Under the pieces are notes generated by a model. That model saw only the letters and a program-made list of their open reading frames with translations. It was not told where the DNA came from and ran no database searches. A stretch of DNA of 49,217 nucleotides, filler included, from Catajapyx aquilonaris (taxonomy: Eukaryota), in NCBI GenBank assembly GCA_000934665.2. It is 2 parts of 2 records of this genome, joined end to end, with 100 filler letters (N's around TTAATTAATTAA, not from the genome) between each part and the next. Parts side by side here need not be neighbours in the genome. Positions count along the whole stretch, not along the records: positions 1 to 24,605 come from KZ539360.1; 1 more part is not named here. One strand, written 5' to 3'. The translations under genes and the position numbers were made by a program. Of this stretch, positions 1-13,293 are shown one piece after another (position 1 is the stretch's first letter; each line of letters starts with the position of its first letter).

Positions 1-283
1 GCTTGCCCCGGAATTATTAATGTTTCCGGCTTGTCAGCCGAACGGGATATTCTACTTTTCGACTACTTTTTCGAGAGCCGGTGCAACCCGCCCTAAATGC
101 TTATTACCTAATGGATAAGAAAATTCACCTTTAATGAATGAGGCGATAAATAATTTATCGCCTCATTCATTAGCGCTGAATATTATTAGTATTATCTCTA
201 TAAGCCCACCTTATATAATTATTATAAGGTGAGCTTATAGAGATAATATTTAAGAAAATACTGAAATGAATAACAATAATTGA

Positions 284-405
284 AATTAGTAATCATACAT
301 TTAATTTAATTAGTAATCATTCATTTAATTTAATTAGTAATCATTCATTTAATTTAATTAGTAATCATTCATTTAATTTAATTAGTAATCAATTAATCAT
401 TCATT
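284..405. repeat. 24-bp AT-rich tandem repeat
   Basis: AATTAGTAATCATTCATTTAATTT, about 4-5 copies. Confidence 0.85.
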
Positions 406-891
406 CAATTATAGAATTGATTTATTAATCAATGTAATTAATGACGAATAGATTATTGTCATCAATATAAGATAAACAATAAATAACATAATTATCTATC
501 ATATAAACAATAAATTGACAAATTACATATGATGCAAGACGTAATAATGTAATGTCATATTTATAATGGAATAAATAATAATTAGTAAGGGTTCATTTAA
601 TTTAATAAGCAATATTTCTCGAATTTAATATGTAATAATTATTTACGAATTTAATACCCATTAAATTATAGAATGTAATAATAATAATTAATCAAAGTTA
701 TTGTCTAAAAAATAATCCGTATCATTGACAATCGAGAAATTGATGTAATTAATAATCGAGAAATTATTTAATTTAAATTAATCGTATATATCCCTGGAAC
801 TGGTGATTGAAATATGGCGAAGCTCACACTCCATTTTCAGCCGACCGTGTCACCACCAGCACCTCACTAGCCCCCCCCCCCCCCCCCCCCC

Positions 892-1062
892 NNNNNNNNN
901 NNNNNNNNNNNNNNNNNNNNNNNNNNNNNNNNNNNNNNNNNNNNNNNNNNNNNNNNNNNNNNNNNNNNNNNNNNNNNNNNNNNNNNNNNNNNNNNNNNNN
1001 NNNNNNNNNNNNNNNNNNNNNNNNNNNNNNNNNNNNNNNNNNNNNNNNNNNNNNNNNNNNNN
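892..1062. other. Assembly gap flanked by poly-C
   Basis: 171 N. Confidence 0.99.
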
Positions 1063-3202
1063 CCCCCCCCCCCCATAGGGAGGTCCGGAGCTTAACCGTC
1101 CAAATAGTACAAAAGCGCAATAACAAAAGGGGAAAAGATTGCAGTTTTCCTACCCCCTCTGCCTGGTTGGGTTTGACAAGGGCAGAAGATAAAACTGTTG
1201 GGGGGAGGGTAAATCTACCCCCTTTTTTCCTCTTCCTCCTCCTTCTCCCTCCCCCACAGGTCCGTTCTCTTCGATTATCTCCCTGTCTGCAATTTAAAAA
1301 TGCATTACACGGTAACGACTCTTGTGGGGGTTTCATCCGCTTAGGTTGCCCGAACGGAATAATAATGGAAAATACATAATCGATGGCCATCCTTTTTTTT
1401 TCCTACCCAAAAAAAGCCGGATCCATTAAATAAATTTCCTTATCAAACATTCACGTCGCTCCCAGCCCTTCTCTCACTTCCGGGGAGAACTACCCCCCCA
1501 AAAAATAGATACATAGTTATCCTCCACAAAAAAAGTTATCTGCTGGCAAACTGATAATAAGTTTGATAATTTACTGCCCCTTTTGGGGGGGGGGGGGTCT
1601 GCCAACAATAGTGTGTCTCAGTGACGTATAATTTGGGAAATATGACAATCATGTCCGTTTCGGGTCAGGTTAAGGTGGAAGGGAGGTCCGGTCGAAATGG
1701 GTTAGTGTGACGTGGGTGTCAATCACACACTATGTTGGGTTGTCACTCTCTAAGGTTGTTAGGGGTCTGGTTTTTTATAGGGGGGGATAGTTAACCGAGT
1801 GTGTGACAGGTTTTTGGCAACAATGGACCTGGAATAAAAAAAAAGTGTATTGGTTGTTATCGACGTAAGTAATTGGATGGCAATTAAAGTGATAATGGAT
1901 GGTGATGGGGCGCAAACAGTGCTTCACTCGTCAGCCCCGAAATGCAAAGGGGGAGCCTATCTCACTTCAAACTAATTTGGGGATAAAAATCCACAACTTG
2001 TGATGTTTGGAGGAGGTGAAATTTGGACGGATTTGTTTGGTTTGGGGGAGGGGGGGGGGGCTAGAAGTGGACGTTTTGGCATTGGTTGCAATGAGAGCGT
2101 ACGGTCATACAATGTGGGGTGAATTTGGGAATTAACGAAATTTAAAAAAAATCCCAGGATTAAATTTAACGCTAATTATGCACGCTAATTTGGTCACATA
2201 ATCCGACAAATAATACTGCAAAAAAATCGAAAGTAATACCACTTATCGCAAATTCTAGAATTATAATTATTATAAATATAATAAATGCTGCATACATTTT
2301 TAAACATTAATTTTTAAGTGTAATACTTGTCACATTTCATTTGAATCGCTTATTAAGAAGATTTATGGGCCATAATTGTAGCATTAATTAGTTGATTTAT
2401 TAAATATTTTATTTGTATGATGCTGTAAAAATGTAATGGCATAATTTGAAATTGACGGGAAATCTGGGGCATAAAATTTTTAGCATTAATTTTTAATGAA
2501 ATATTTCATTAAAATACATCAGCCAAATTGATATAACTTGTATCATTTTATATTTATGTTCCACACCAGTTGCATCAGTTGTATAAAAAAAATTGTCAGC
2601 TGAAAAGTATCCTGAAAAGTTTGTCATTTATTGTTGAGCGTATTGTTGACAACAATTATAGCAAAGTTTTCTGGAGGTGGTGAAATGTATATTAATGTAT
2701 GCATTTAAGTTACATGTTTTTCTTAATTAATGATGTGTTGATAATTTTCATAACTGTTCGTCCAAAAAGTCACGTAGTATCACATGGGATTCGCAACTTT
2801 TTAATTCGTATTTTTCTTGTTTCTGTTATTATTTTAATCATTTATTATGATAATGTAGTTAGGGCATAATTTCAGCATAAGTTACTAACTTTTCGCCCTA
2901 ATTCCGAGGTAAATATACAAAACGTCCTCCTTTCCTGATTTAGAGTAGTTGAAAATAATGGTCAGGTGGAAAGTTCACGTCCAAAAACACAGATTCAGGT
3001 TGAGTACAGTGTAATGGAAAGGAAATGGGCACATGCAGTGGTTCCATCCAAAAATAATCCTGGTTTAAATTTATAACGAAGTGAATATTCTTCATTAATG
3101 TACAGTAGGTATATGCATTTCTGAAAGGTCATATAATCTGGATTTTTTTTTTGCACTTCAATGCAATTTTAAACAGACGCTCCCAATCTGCTAATATCAT
3201 CT

Positions 3203-3203
<1 letters not shown>

Positions 3204-3265
<62 letters not shown>

Positions 3266-3267
3266 GG

Positions 3268-3347
<80 letters not shown>
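3204..3347. repeat. Compound microsatellite (GAT)n-(ATT)n
   Basis: Direct reading. Confidence 0.97.
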
Positions 3348-3348
<1 letters not shown>

Positions 3349-3717
3349 CAGCTGTATTTCGATTTGTCGCTTTAAATCCACGAATCTATTAATCAGTCGA
3401 AGGGAGAAATTTCAGTTTTAAAAAAATCAGGTAATATTTCTTGTAGCATTTAAATGAACATTTTGTGATCATGATTTAGTGTCACTTAATATTACTCCTG
3501 CACGTAACAATGACCATTAATGGCCCAAAAAACATCTCGTCCTAATAAAACCTAGTTCGGTTGGACGAAATGTGTTCGGACGAATTATTTTGGACAAAAT
3601 AAAATTGTTTTGAAATTTCTGAAAATAATTTGGGATAAATTCCAATGGAAATAATTTGGGATAAAATTGTTGAAAATTGTTTTGAACGAAATTATGTAGA
3701 AATTATATTGGACACAT

Positions 3718-3990
3718 AATTTTGTTCAAAACAATTTTCAACAATTTTATACAAAATTATTATTTTCAAACTAAATTTCGTTTAAACAATAATTTTATCC
3801 AAAAATTTCCAATTGAATTTTATCCCCCCCAAAAAAATCCAATGGAATTTTATCCAAAATTATTTGCAATTGATTCTTTTTTTTGATAAGATTCAATTGG
3901 AAATTTTTTGGATAAAATTGTTTAAACGAAATTTAGTTTGAAAATAATAATTTTGGATGAAATTGCTGAAAATTGTTTTGAACAAAATTA
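3718..3990. repeat. AT-rich inverted repeat, ~100-bp arms, within a degenerate tandem array (3560-4040)
   Basis: 3718-3818 is the near reverse complement of 3891-3990. Confidence 0.8.
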
Positions 3991-5002
3991 TATTGGACAA
4001 AATCATGTGGAAATTATTTTGGGCAAAATTATTTATTGTAACGAAGTGTCTCCTTAGTTAAAAAGTGTGTCGGACTATCATACCTTCGAACGTGATAAGA
4101 GTGTGAATTCACGCTACGAAGTAAACTATTATGGCCAACCCATCTCTAGATACCTAAGGACACGTAACTGAAAAATGGCATCAGCTGTACGTGGCCCTTC
4201 CGACTGGCGATTGATCAAAACCTCCAACCGTGCTCTGCTGCGACCAATCAAACCGGAGTGTCTCCTCCTCCGTGCACGTACAGGCAACAAAAGAGGCCAC
4301 ACGACCTTTCGCAACTCATTACCGCACGTCCGTGACGTCACTTCCCCACAACCGCCCCAATTAAGCCTCCTTTGTCCAGCCCCTAACGTCTCGCCAACTG
4401 CTATTCCCCCGGTTGTTGCATCACCTTTAGGCAAATTTAGCCTTCCTTCTTCCTCCCTCCCCCCCCTTGCAAGATTGATGAAAGGCCTTTAGAAACCGCT
4501 TTTCCTTACTGCTCCTGCCCCCAATTTCCGTGTCTCAAGCTCTAGGTCGGTCCTAGGAGTAATCCGGAGGCGGCCACCCCTCCTGTTTTACTCCCCCACT
4601 CCGGATGACACAAGCATGTGGCCAGACCTGAATCCGGGGCCCCGCTAACTCGCACCTAATGAAACTCTTTGAAGTCTGGCAAACCCTCATTGATAATTCA
4701 GCGGGCGTCATAAGCATTCCTTTCTGCGCCTTGCCAAACCGCATTACGTGCGCAAGTCTCGGGCCGGAACGTCAGCTGGAAACACCTCTTTGGGAAGGGG
4801 GGGCGCCCCCAACGCCTTTTGTCGGCCCCCGCCTTCTTTTCCCCCCCTTCCCACCCCCGCTAACATCCAATCTCGACTTCACTTTGAGCGCCTGCCGCAC
4901 AAGGATTAGTGCAGTATTATGCGGGGATTAGTGCCCATTATATCTGGATTATTAGTCTGTCTGCCCCTTGGCCCCCCCTCTATCTGTGGGACAAGTCACC
5001 TA

Positions 5003-5830
5003 AGTTAGGGCACGCTAGGGCACGTCCTGGTGCCCTAATCAGAATATGCTCTAACTTGCCCTAATCCGGTCCTGCCCTAATGGTCGTAATGAGGACATGC
5101 CCTAGTTTGCCCTGATCAGGAAATCCCTAGCATGCCCTAGTTTGCCCTGATCAGGAAATCCCTAGCCTGCCCTAATCAGGTCATGTCCTAACATTCCCTT
5201 ATCAGGACATTCTTGGCGAGCCATAATAAGGACATGCCTTAGCCAGCACTAATCCGGTTTTGCCCTAATGACCGTAATTAGGGTATCCCCCAGCCGGCCA
5301 TAATCAGAACATACCCTAACTTCCCCTAATCAAATCCTGCCCTAGCATGCCCTAATACGGGTATACGGCCATGTCCTAACTTGCCTTGATAAGGATATGC
5401 CCTAACCAGCCCTAATCCGGTCCTACTCTAACGTGAGTCATCAGGGTGTGCAGTAGCCGGCCCATAATCAGAACCTACCATAGCTAGACCTAAACAGGAC
5501 CTGCTATAAGTGCCCTAATATGGCCATCCCTAGTTTTTCCTGGTTAGGGCACGTTAGGTTAGGTCCTCCTTACGGGCGTTAGGGCATGATCGGATTAGGG
5601 CACATCCTGATTAGCCCACGCTAGGACAGGCCCTGATTAGGCAAGGGCACGTCGTAATTAGGACAGTTGGGACATGCTCTGACTAGGGCAAATTAGGACA
5701 CATCTTGATTAGGGCACGTCGTGATTAGGGCAAGTCTAATAGACGTGTAGTATGACTCCGCCATTTTTGAATGCTCCAATCACAGTTCCTAACAGACCTA
5801 ATGCTGGTCCATATTAGGGCAGGCTTCGAG
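5003..5830. repeat. Degenerate GCCCTAA/TTAGGGC minisatellite with orientation switch near 5540
   Basis: Many TGCCCTAATCAGG-like units on the left, ATTAGGGCA units on the right. Confidence 0.8.
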
Positions 5831-8303
5831 TAACATAGCCTGTAATTACTTGTGGGCAATTGGGCGTGTTTCCAGGCATTAACAAGTAATCGCAGTATGA
5901 TTAGCAAAACAAAGAGTGCATTTGGCACATTTTACCATCAAAAGCGTGGGTTTCTCTCCACCCCAAAAGAATAACCTCCAGCCTGAGTCTAGTTTCACAG
6001 CCATGTTTCTCTCCAACCCACCTTGAGGCCTGCGGCTAATTATTCCATTATGCTTCTCTTGCAAAATCCTCCCTTCCTCCCCCCAGCTCCCCCTTCTGCT
6101 CCTTCCCCCCTTCCTGGTAGCTGCCTCTGCGTCTAATTGGTCTCCACGCTCCATTGGATTCTTTCCCTTCCAACTTAGGTAAACACTATTAAAGGCCTAA
6201 TGCCGCCCCTTTCTCTTTCCCTTTCACTTCCGTCTAGGTTTTGCCTCAATTTTCCCCTTTTCCGGGGGCCTGTGCCCCGGAAAACACCCAGGCAGTTTCA
6301 GGAGCTGCTACCAAAGCAGCTCCGGAATATGCACAAACAATTATCTCCGGTTTTGTTTACCGCTGCGACAGGGGTTGGCTGGACACTATGGGTCAGAGGA
6401 GGGCTTCCCTTTCTCTTAGGGAGTTAGGGACAAGGAAAGGCCTAGTTAGGGCACAAAAAGTTAGCCTAGGGAGTGTTTAATCATATTTAAAACTTAGGCA
6501 AAACTGTCCAGACTGTCCACCTAGTCTCTAACTCATCAGATGGCACATCCTTTGTACCCAGATGATGGCTCACCCCGGACGAACAGAAACACCTATTTTC
6601 AAAGGTTTTTGGTTTACTTTATTAAGGATGGTATTTTTGTCCCACTGCTAGTGACTGCTAACTTAGTAGCGTAAGGGTTGGCAATGGTGCTGCTAGGTTA
6701 GCTGTGGGTCGAAAATTCAACCCTAACAGATGTGTCTGGAGGTAGCTGTATGCGACTAAGTGTCTCACAAGGGCCTGTATAGGAGCCTCTCAGAGTTCCC
6801 AGACTGTGAAACCTAGTTGCGCTCTCGGCGTCCAATCAGAAGCTTCCAGGTAATTGAATGATTAAATATTTGTATCTCAATAATAGCAGACAGTGTTCTG
6901 CTTGGCTACAAAAACAACAATAATTTTTCTCGAGGGCATTTTTTTTTTCAAACAATATTTTCGCGTAGGTCCGATTGCGAAGGGAAACAGAGCGTAGCCT
7001 CCGGTAAACGAATATTTTCTTTGTTGTAACTGCTGTCTTTTCGCTGCAAACAAGCTTCAAAAAGATTGTACCAATATGTAATGTATTTTTTTTTTGATTG
7101 TTGTTTCTAGCTGGAATTGAAATAGCTTGTTTGCAGTACCAGAGTTTGTAAAGTATGTAGTGGGGGTTAATTAATGCGCGTGCCGTTAGGAGCCAAAACG
7201 GTTGTTTGGCAGGGCTTCTGTAAAGCCATTCACACGAGCGACAATGAGGGCAGCCTGCCTCTAACCGCAGCTGCCTACGTCTTTGTTGCTCATGAGCATG
7301 ACCTGTTTATGACTCTGGTTTGAGCGACGTCATAGTTTAATCCGACGCTTGGGGTATGGCAAAGTGGACAAGTATTGGACAGGAGATGAGTCTCGTTAGT
7401 TGCTAAACGAGTATGCATGTCTTTTAATTGTTTAAAACTGTGTATAGCTTTCGTCTTTTGGGCATGTCACACATTCTCGCACGTCAGATCACATTGAAGG
7501 TGACGTGGTAGGACCATTGTCACTATTTGTGGAAATATATAGCTTTGAAATTTTGATTATGGCCAAACTGTTGGATATCTATGTAATACAGGATACTTGT
7601 TAAATATTTTTGTGAATAAAACAATGCTTCATCATCTTTTCTAGTGAGGCTTCAGAAATAATTTGGGAAGAAACCTATTTAACTCTTTCGTCATCGTTAA
7701 TTTAAGTAGTTCAGAAAATTAGGCTTCCATAGCAATGCATTTTAAGAACTTCGCTAAAATGTAGCAAAATGTCAATTAAATAGTTCTGAGTCAAAAGCAA
7801 TAAATTGTTATAATCTATTAATTTATTTAAAATCAATAGCTTACAAATGAACCTAAAACTAATGAAAATTAAAAAGAATTTATGAAATTTTACAATAAAT
7901 TTGAAATAAATTACTGATGTAATTAAAATAAATTATGGCAATAAATTGAAAGTCTGGATATAAATTGGAACTCGTGAAAATAGAGCAAAAATAAATGTAA
8001 AGGTATATAGCGCTAATAAGGTAACGATTTATTTGAATAAAAATCATTCTAATATTATTTAAAAGTGAGCACGAATTCATTGAAATTGTAACATTAAATT
8101 AAATTGAAGACACTCAGTAAAATTAATACAGTATATTGAAATTAGTCAAAAATAAATAACAAAAAATAAAATAAATAAAATACTGGTACTGTAGCAAATA
8201 AATTATAAAATCCAGTAAATAGTACGTAGGCCTAATAACAAGTAAAGGTGTAATAAACCTTAACAGTAAAAAGTATAGTAAATGCAAATAAATAATAAAT
8301 AAA

Positions 8304-8400
8304 TACAGTCGAATCCGGATATAACAGCCTCGGCTATAACATACGTTCGGTTATAACAGACCTTGGTTATAACATACCTTTTTCACGGTCCCTTGATTCA
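8304..8400 (+). mobile_element. DNA transposon end fragment (TA-CAGTCGAATCCGGATATAAC with GTTATAAC sub-repeats)
   Basis: Repeated GG(T/C)TATAACA units then CGGTCCCTTGA; related fragment at ~35842-35900. Confidence 0.55.
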
Positions 8401-8564
8401 ACTGTAATTGAAATTAATAAGTCAAATAATAAATATCAGCTAACAAATTAAATACCAAATCGACATGAAATTATGATCCATATAAAATAATCATTCATGG
8501 TAAAAGTAGGCACATACGCACATTTAATAATTAAATTGAAATAGAAAAAATTAAAATACCGGTA

Positions 8565-8726
8565 CAGTGCTGGCCATATATCGAGGCAACTGCCAGCGAC
8601 ATTTTTCCGAAGCGGCAGAAGAAGGAATCAAAGATAAGCATACTACAAGCCGGGCGAACAATATTCCTTCTTCTGCCGCTTCGGAAAAATGTCGCTGGAG
8701 GTTGCCTCGATATATGACCAACACTG
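8565..8726. mobile_element. MITE, Tc1/mariner-type (TA target duplication)
   Basis: TA|CAGTGCTGGCCATATATCGAGGCAAC...GTTGCCTCGATATATGACCAACACTG|TA; ~63-bp inverted arms. Confidence 0.85.
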
Positions 8727-8746
8727 TACTACTCGTACTAGTTAAT

Positions 8747-8911
8747 GAGGCCGTGCAGACGGTCCAAGCTTGGCCGCGGCTGGCCCCGGCCCTGGCCAAC
8801 TTCCAGGAAGTTGGCCCGTGGCCTGGCCGTGGCGTTGCTAGGGGGCCGCTAGGTGTGAACCGTCGTGGCCGCGGCCAGCCGCGGCTAAGCTTGGCCCGTC
8901 TGCACGGCCCC
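8747..8911. mobile_element. GC-rich MITE with 3-bp target duplication (PIF/Harbinger-like)
   Basis: AAT|GAGGCCGTGCAGACGGTCCAAGCTT...AAGCTTGGCCCGTCTGCACGGCCCC|AAT; ~40-bp TIRs. Confidence 0.8.
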
Positions 8912-10739
8912 AATAACTTCACTTTCGGACACTCTTAAGCCCAATTATTGTAGACAACATATAGGGCCTACACCAGGATAGGCCACCTTGTCATCACGTG
9001 AAGGGGGCAGTGTTGCCTCAGTCACCTTTTCCACTCTCGAGACTCTGCAGTCATCAGTCATCAACGACCGTAATGTATGTCTTCGTCCACCTCCAAATTG
9101 GCAGCCAGGCTTCATGACCGCACACATAGCTCATAGTGAAGTAAATTTTCCAAACTAAAAATGAGCAGTTAGAGGAAAAGGTTGGGTTGGGTTGGCTGGA
9201 CATTCAGGGGGGGTGCGTTTGGGTTCCCATCACGCGAAGGCTCATGCAGAGCCGCCATATAATCAGTCCGAAAAGGTTTCAATGAAGTGGCTTGTATGCC
9301 CTGCAAAAGGGCTGCAGGAAATAATTACACACGCAAAATTTCCTCTCTCTCTCTTTCTCTCTCTATATACTACTGGGCCAGATTACAAGGTTGCTTGTCT
9401 CATTTACAACCGTCGCCGTCGACCCTCGAACGTCACATAACTCACCAACTTTCGTGCAATTTCCTAACCCACCTCTACCTCCACCCCCCCTCTCTTTAAC
9501 TATCCATTTCGGGGATTATGAGCACGTGACACATTTGTTGTAATCTGGAACCGGATGATACGGGTATCGATAGCTGATTGCGAGCCAGGGGACGGTGGTA
9601 TCGACCAGTGTTTAAGCTGGGTTCTGGGTCTGTTTTTTTCCCCCCCTCTACTACCGAAATGGTCAAGCTTTTAGCAAAATCATTAATAAATCAAAATGGT
9701 ACGGCGTACGGGGGAGAGTAATTTTACACGATTGAAGATAAATCATAATGACCCGGTCGGAGCTTTTCCCGGGCGATATAAATTCACTAATTGCAGAATA
9801 AATACGGGGCAAAGTTCGCATGTATGTTAGGGTGGGTCATAATTGCAGCTGGCGGTTGGGTAGGTTGTTCAGAAAGTAAGTTAAAAATGTAGCACGGTCA
9901 ACAATAAGCTCATTTACAGCCTCGGAAATGTTTATTGGAAGCTGCAGGTTGATTTTTTAAAACCCGTACATATTTGGAGCTAGTTTTCCTACATTTTGAC
10001 TCACCCTGTGCATGTCCCGGTAAGGTTTACGCATCCATAACTGAAACCACCGCTTTTGCAGTAATGTGTCAAAACGGCTGATCGAACCATAAATAAAATC
10101 AAAGTGTTGGGTATGATGCACTGGTGCCAGCTTCACGCACTGTAAAATATTGTGTGTAAACTGTAAGCTGTATTGGATTGGGCGATTCTGTGTGTCCTGA
10201 CTAAAAAGGACAGTTTGAATTGACTGTCAGAAGTGGACTGTAGAGAGTGTCACTTGCATATACTGGCTGGAATGTCAACAATCATTGTGTGCAAAATATT
10301 GTTGAATTATTAACTGTAGGCATGTAGGCTAATGTATAATTAGACTCGAGGATGCGTGCATCGAAAGGATTTAAGCCGAATTTTAATAATAATTTAAATT
10401 CTGATTTTTAACGACAATTAGCGTACGTTTTATGCCTTAAACCGGAATAATGAAGTTAAAAGTCTGAGTGTTTACATAATTATGGTTTTAAATCATGTTC
10501 TAGAAGTTCGAGCTTACTGAAATAAATTCTGAGATCATTCCTTGTAAACAGAAAAATATAATTATCACCCTAATCAGTGATCACAATTTTTAAAAATTAA
10601 TATTAATTTAATAAAACAGTGTGATAATTAATTTTAATTTGATAACTTAATAAAATAATACTAATTTAATAAAATAATATTAATTTAATAAAAATACACT
10701 GATATTAATTAATAAGACAATAATATTAATAAATTAAAA

Positions 10740-10970
10740 GGGAGACGGAGTGGCGCCGCGGTAACGCGCGCGCCCACGGAAGTTAAGGTCCCGGGTTCAA
10801 TCCCCACCCGGGGTTCCCACCTTCTTTCGTGCAGAGTTGGGCCATCTCTGGCTTCGTTTCGGGTGGCAATATCCGATAGACTAAGCCACCCGGGGGAGTT
10901 CACAAAATGACCAATTAACGACAGCGCACTTGCACTTTGCACATCCCCTCCTATACTTACCCTTGGAACA
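10740..10970 (+). mobile_element. tRNA-derived SINE, family A
   Basis: A box AGTGGCGCCGCGG, B box GGTTCAATCCC; diverged second copy on the minus strand at 30497-30730. Confidence 0.85.
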
Positions 10971-12267
10971 ATTAACATATATATATATTATATGGTTCCC
11001 AAAAAATAGTGGTATACCACTCCCCTAATAAGGGCCCAAGGTCCGATAATGGGGTACAGGCAAAAAAAATTAATAAATTAATAATACAATAATATTAATT
11101 AACAAATAATACAATAATATTAATTTAATAACTAGTAATTAATTTTACACTACGGTATAATAATTTAATTTTAATTTAATTTAATAACTAGTAATTAATT
11201 TTACGATACGGTAAAATAATTTAACTAGTAATTAATTTTACAATACAGTATAATAATTTAATTTAATTTAAATTTAATTACTAATAATTTCATTTTCAAT
11301 TTAATGAATCAGGGGGCAATCAACAAGTAATTTGCACCGCATCGTCGTTGTTGTCATATTTGGTTATAAATCATTCTAATTTTGATCCAAAACATGTAGA
11401 TTATTTCTAGTTTTCCCCAATTGTTCACCAAAGTCTCTAATAATTATATACTGCATATACTAGCCTGAAACCTAATAAGTGCTGAGAAACTCCAAAAATA
11501 TTTGCAATTTCAATCATGCCTTTAATATTACAAAAGTTTGTCCGCCCAATTCACTGCAACCTCTAATATGCACGTAGCAATATCTCCAACCAATTACGTC
11601 CATCTTCCTCCTCCTCCCCCCCCCCCACCGTCTCCTCCCTTCTTAAAAAAATTAGAAAACCTCCCCCCAGTTTCTTTACTCGTTGCGTTGATAGTTGGAG
11701 CAAAAATTTGTCGGCCCATTGGCATAGTGGTTGTAAAGGCAGTCACATGCGAAGTGGAAGAACCTTCTTCAAGATTGGAACAGATCTCGTTGGAGACGAA
11801 AGGGAAGTAGGGGGGTGGAGAATAAGAAAAAAAAAGAAGCTTGTGGGAGGGACCCCCCTCTCCCACTATTTTTTTTCAAAAAAAAAGAAGAAAAAAAAAG
11901 AAAAGGAGAAGAAGGTATTCCCATTTTTCTCTTGGGAACGTGGATACCAATTCGATTTGGCGTTTAAAGCCTCCAGTTTCTTCTCCCTGATCCGAGTTTC
12001 TCTCCTGCGAGCCCCAAATCTTCCACTCACCTCTCTGCTGGGAAGGGTAATACGGTTATTTTTATGCTAATGTTCCATATTTGATTGGGGCCCAGTTTAC
12101 GAGCGGTGCCGAATCAACTTTTCCAGAGTGCCCCAAAGGAGAAGAGAGAGAAAGAGAGAGTCCTTCTCTTGCTCACAAAAAAAAAAAAATCGGCTATACT
12201 ACTTGTTCGGACTTAGTGGCACGTAAAAGGGCTCGCAGGAGACGGATGATAAATAACAGAGAGCCTG

Positions 12268-12566
12268 TCAATTAAGTTTATCGTTTTACGGCCATTTTGG
12301 GTCTATATATTTGTAAGGAAGCTTGGATAGAAAAGGGGTAAAACGTTTGTACCTAACATAACCTGTTAGTAAGCTTCGCCTGGCACAATGGATGAGATGG
12401 ACTGCGCCTGCGCAGCTTCTATGACGCGCAGGCGCGCTTCAGCTAATCCTTTGTGCTGGGTGAAGCTGAAGTTCGGTTAGGTTCAAACATTTTAGACCTC
12501 TCAATCCAGATTCTTTACAAACACGGCATGGACCCAAAATGGCCGTAAAATGATAAACTTAATTGA
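12268..12566. mobile_element. MITE-like element with 36-bp terminal inverted repeats
   Basis: TCAATTAAGTTTATCGTTTTACGGCCATTTTGGGTC (12268-12303) versus its reverse complement at 12531-12566, 1 mismatch. Confidence 0.65.
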
Positions 12567-12599
12567 TATTGAAGATTTTATTAAGTTTTTCATTATTGT

Positions 12600-13130
12600 G
12601 ATTTATTGTAGTGGCCCAAAAATTATTTTATTCTCATTTATTTATTTATTTTAGTTAGTTTTATTTTTGATATTTTGTAATTGTTATTTTTTGTTTTATA
12701 TATATTTATTCTGACATTTATTTTTATTTCATGTTATGTATTTTATTTATTTATATTTATATTTATATTTTATTTATTTATTTATTTATTTTTATTGTAT
12801 TTATTTTATGTATGTATTATATTTATTATATTTATTTATATGTATTTGTATTTATTATTTAATTATATTAATGATATGTTTTTATTTTTATTTTTATTAT
12901 TTATATGCATTTATATTTATTTTTATATTTTTATATGCATTTATATTTATTTTTATATTTTTATTTTATGTATGTATTTATTTTTCAATATTTATATGTA
13001 TTTATATTTATTTTTATTTTTTTATTTTATGTATGTATTTATTTTTCAATATTATTTATATGTATTTATATTTATTTTTATATTTTTATTTTATGTATTT
13101 ATTTATTTATTATTTATTGTTGATAATTGA
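12600..13130. repeat. AT-rich low-complexity tandem region
   Basis: TATATTTATTTT-type units; explains the spurious F/I/Y-rich ORFs. Confidence 0.9.
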
Positions 13131-13132
13131 TA

Positions 13133-13293
13133 ATGACGCGCAGGCGCAACGACGATTTTTACCAAAGCTCCACCCATTAGCTGAATTGCACCTGCGCAGC
13201 TTCCATGACGCGCAGGCGCAACGACGATTTTTACCAAAGCTCCACCCATTAGCTGAATTGCACCTGCGCAGCTTCCATGACGCGCAGGCGCAA
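13133..13293. repeat. 72-bp tandem repeat, ~2.2 copies
   Basis: ATGACGCGCAGGCGCAACGACG...CTGCGCAGCTTCC; related motif inside the 12268-12566 element. Confidence 0.9.

Noticed and set aside
803..1390. ORFs spanning the N gap
   Set aside because: Artefacts of N-runs and poly-C.
4129..4434. WGGC in the minus-strand ORF as a Wnt fragment
   Set aside because: No other Wnt motifs (HNNEAGR, CKCHG) in the frames examined.
10740..10815. tRNA gene
   Set aside because: A/B boxes continue into a body shared with a second diverged copy; this is a SINE head.
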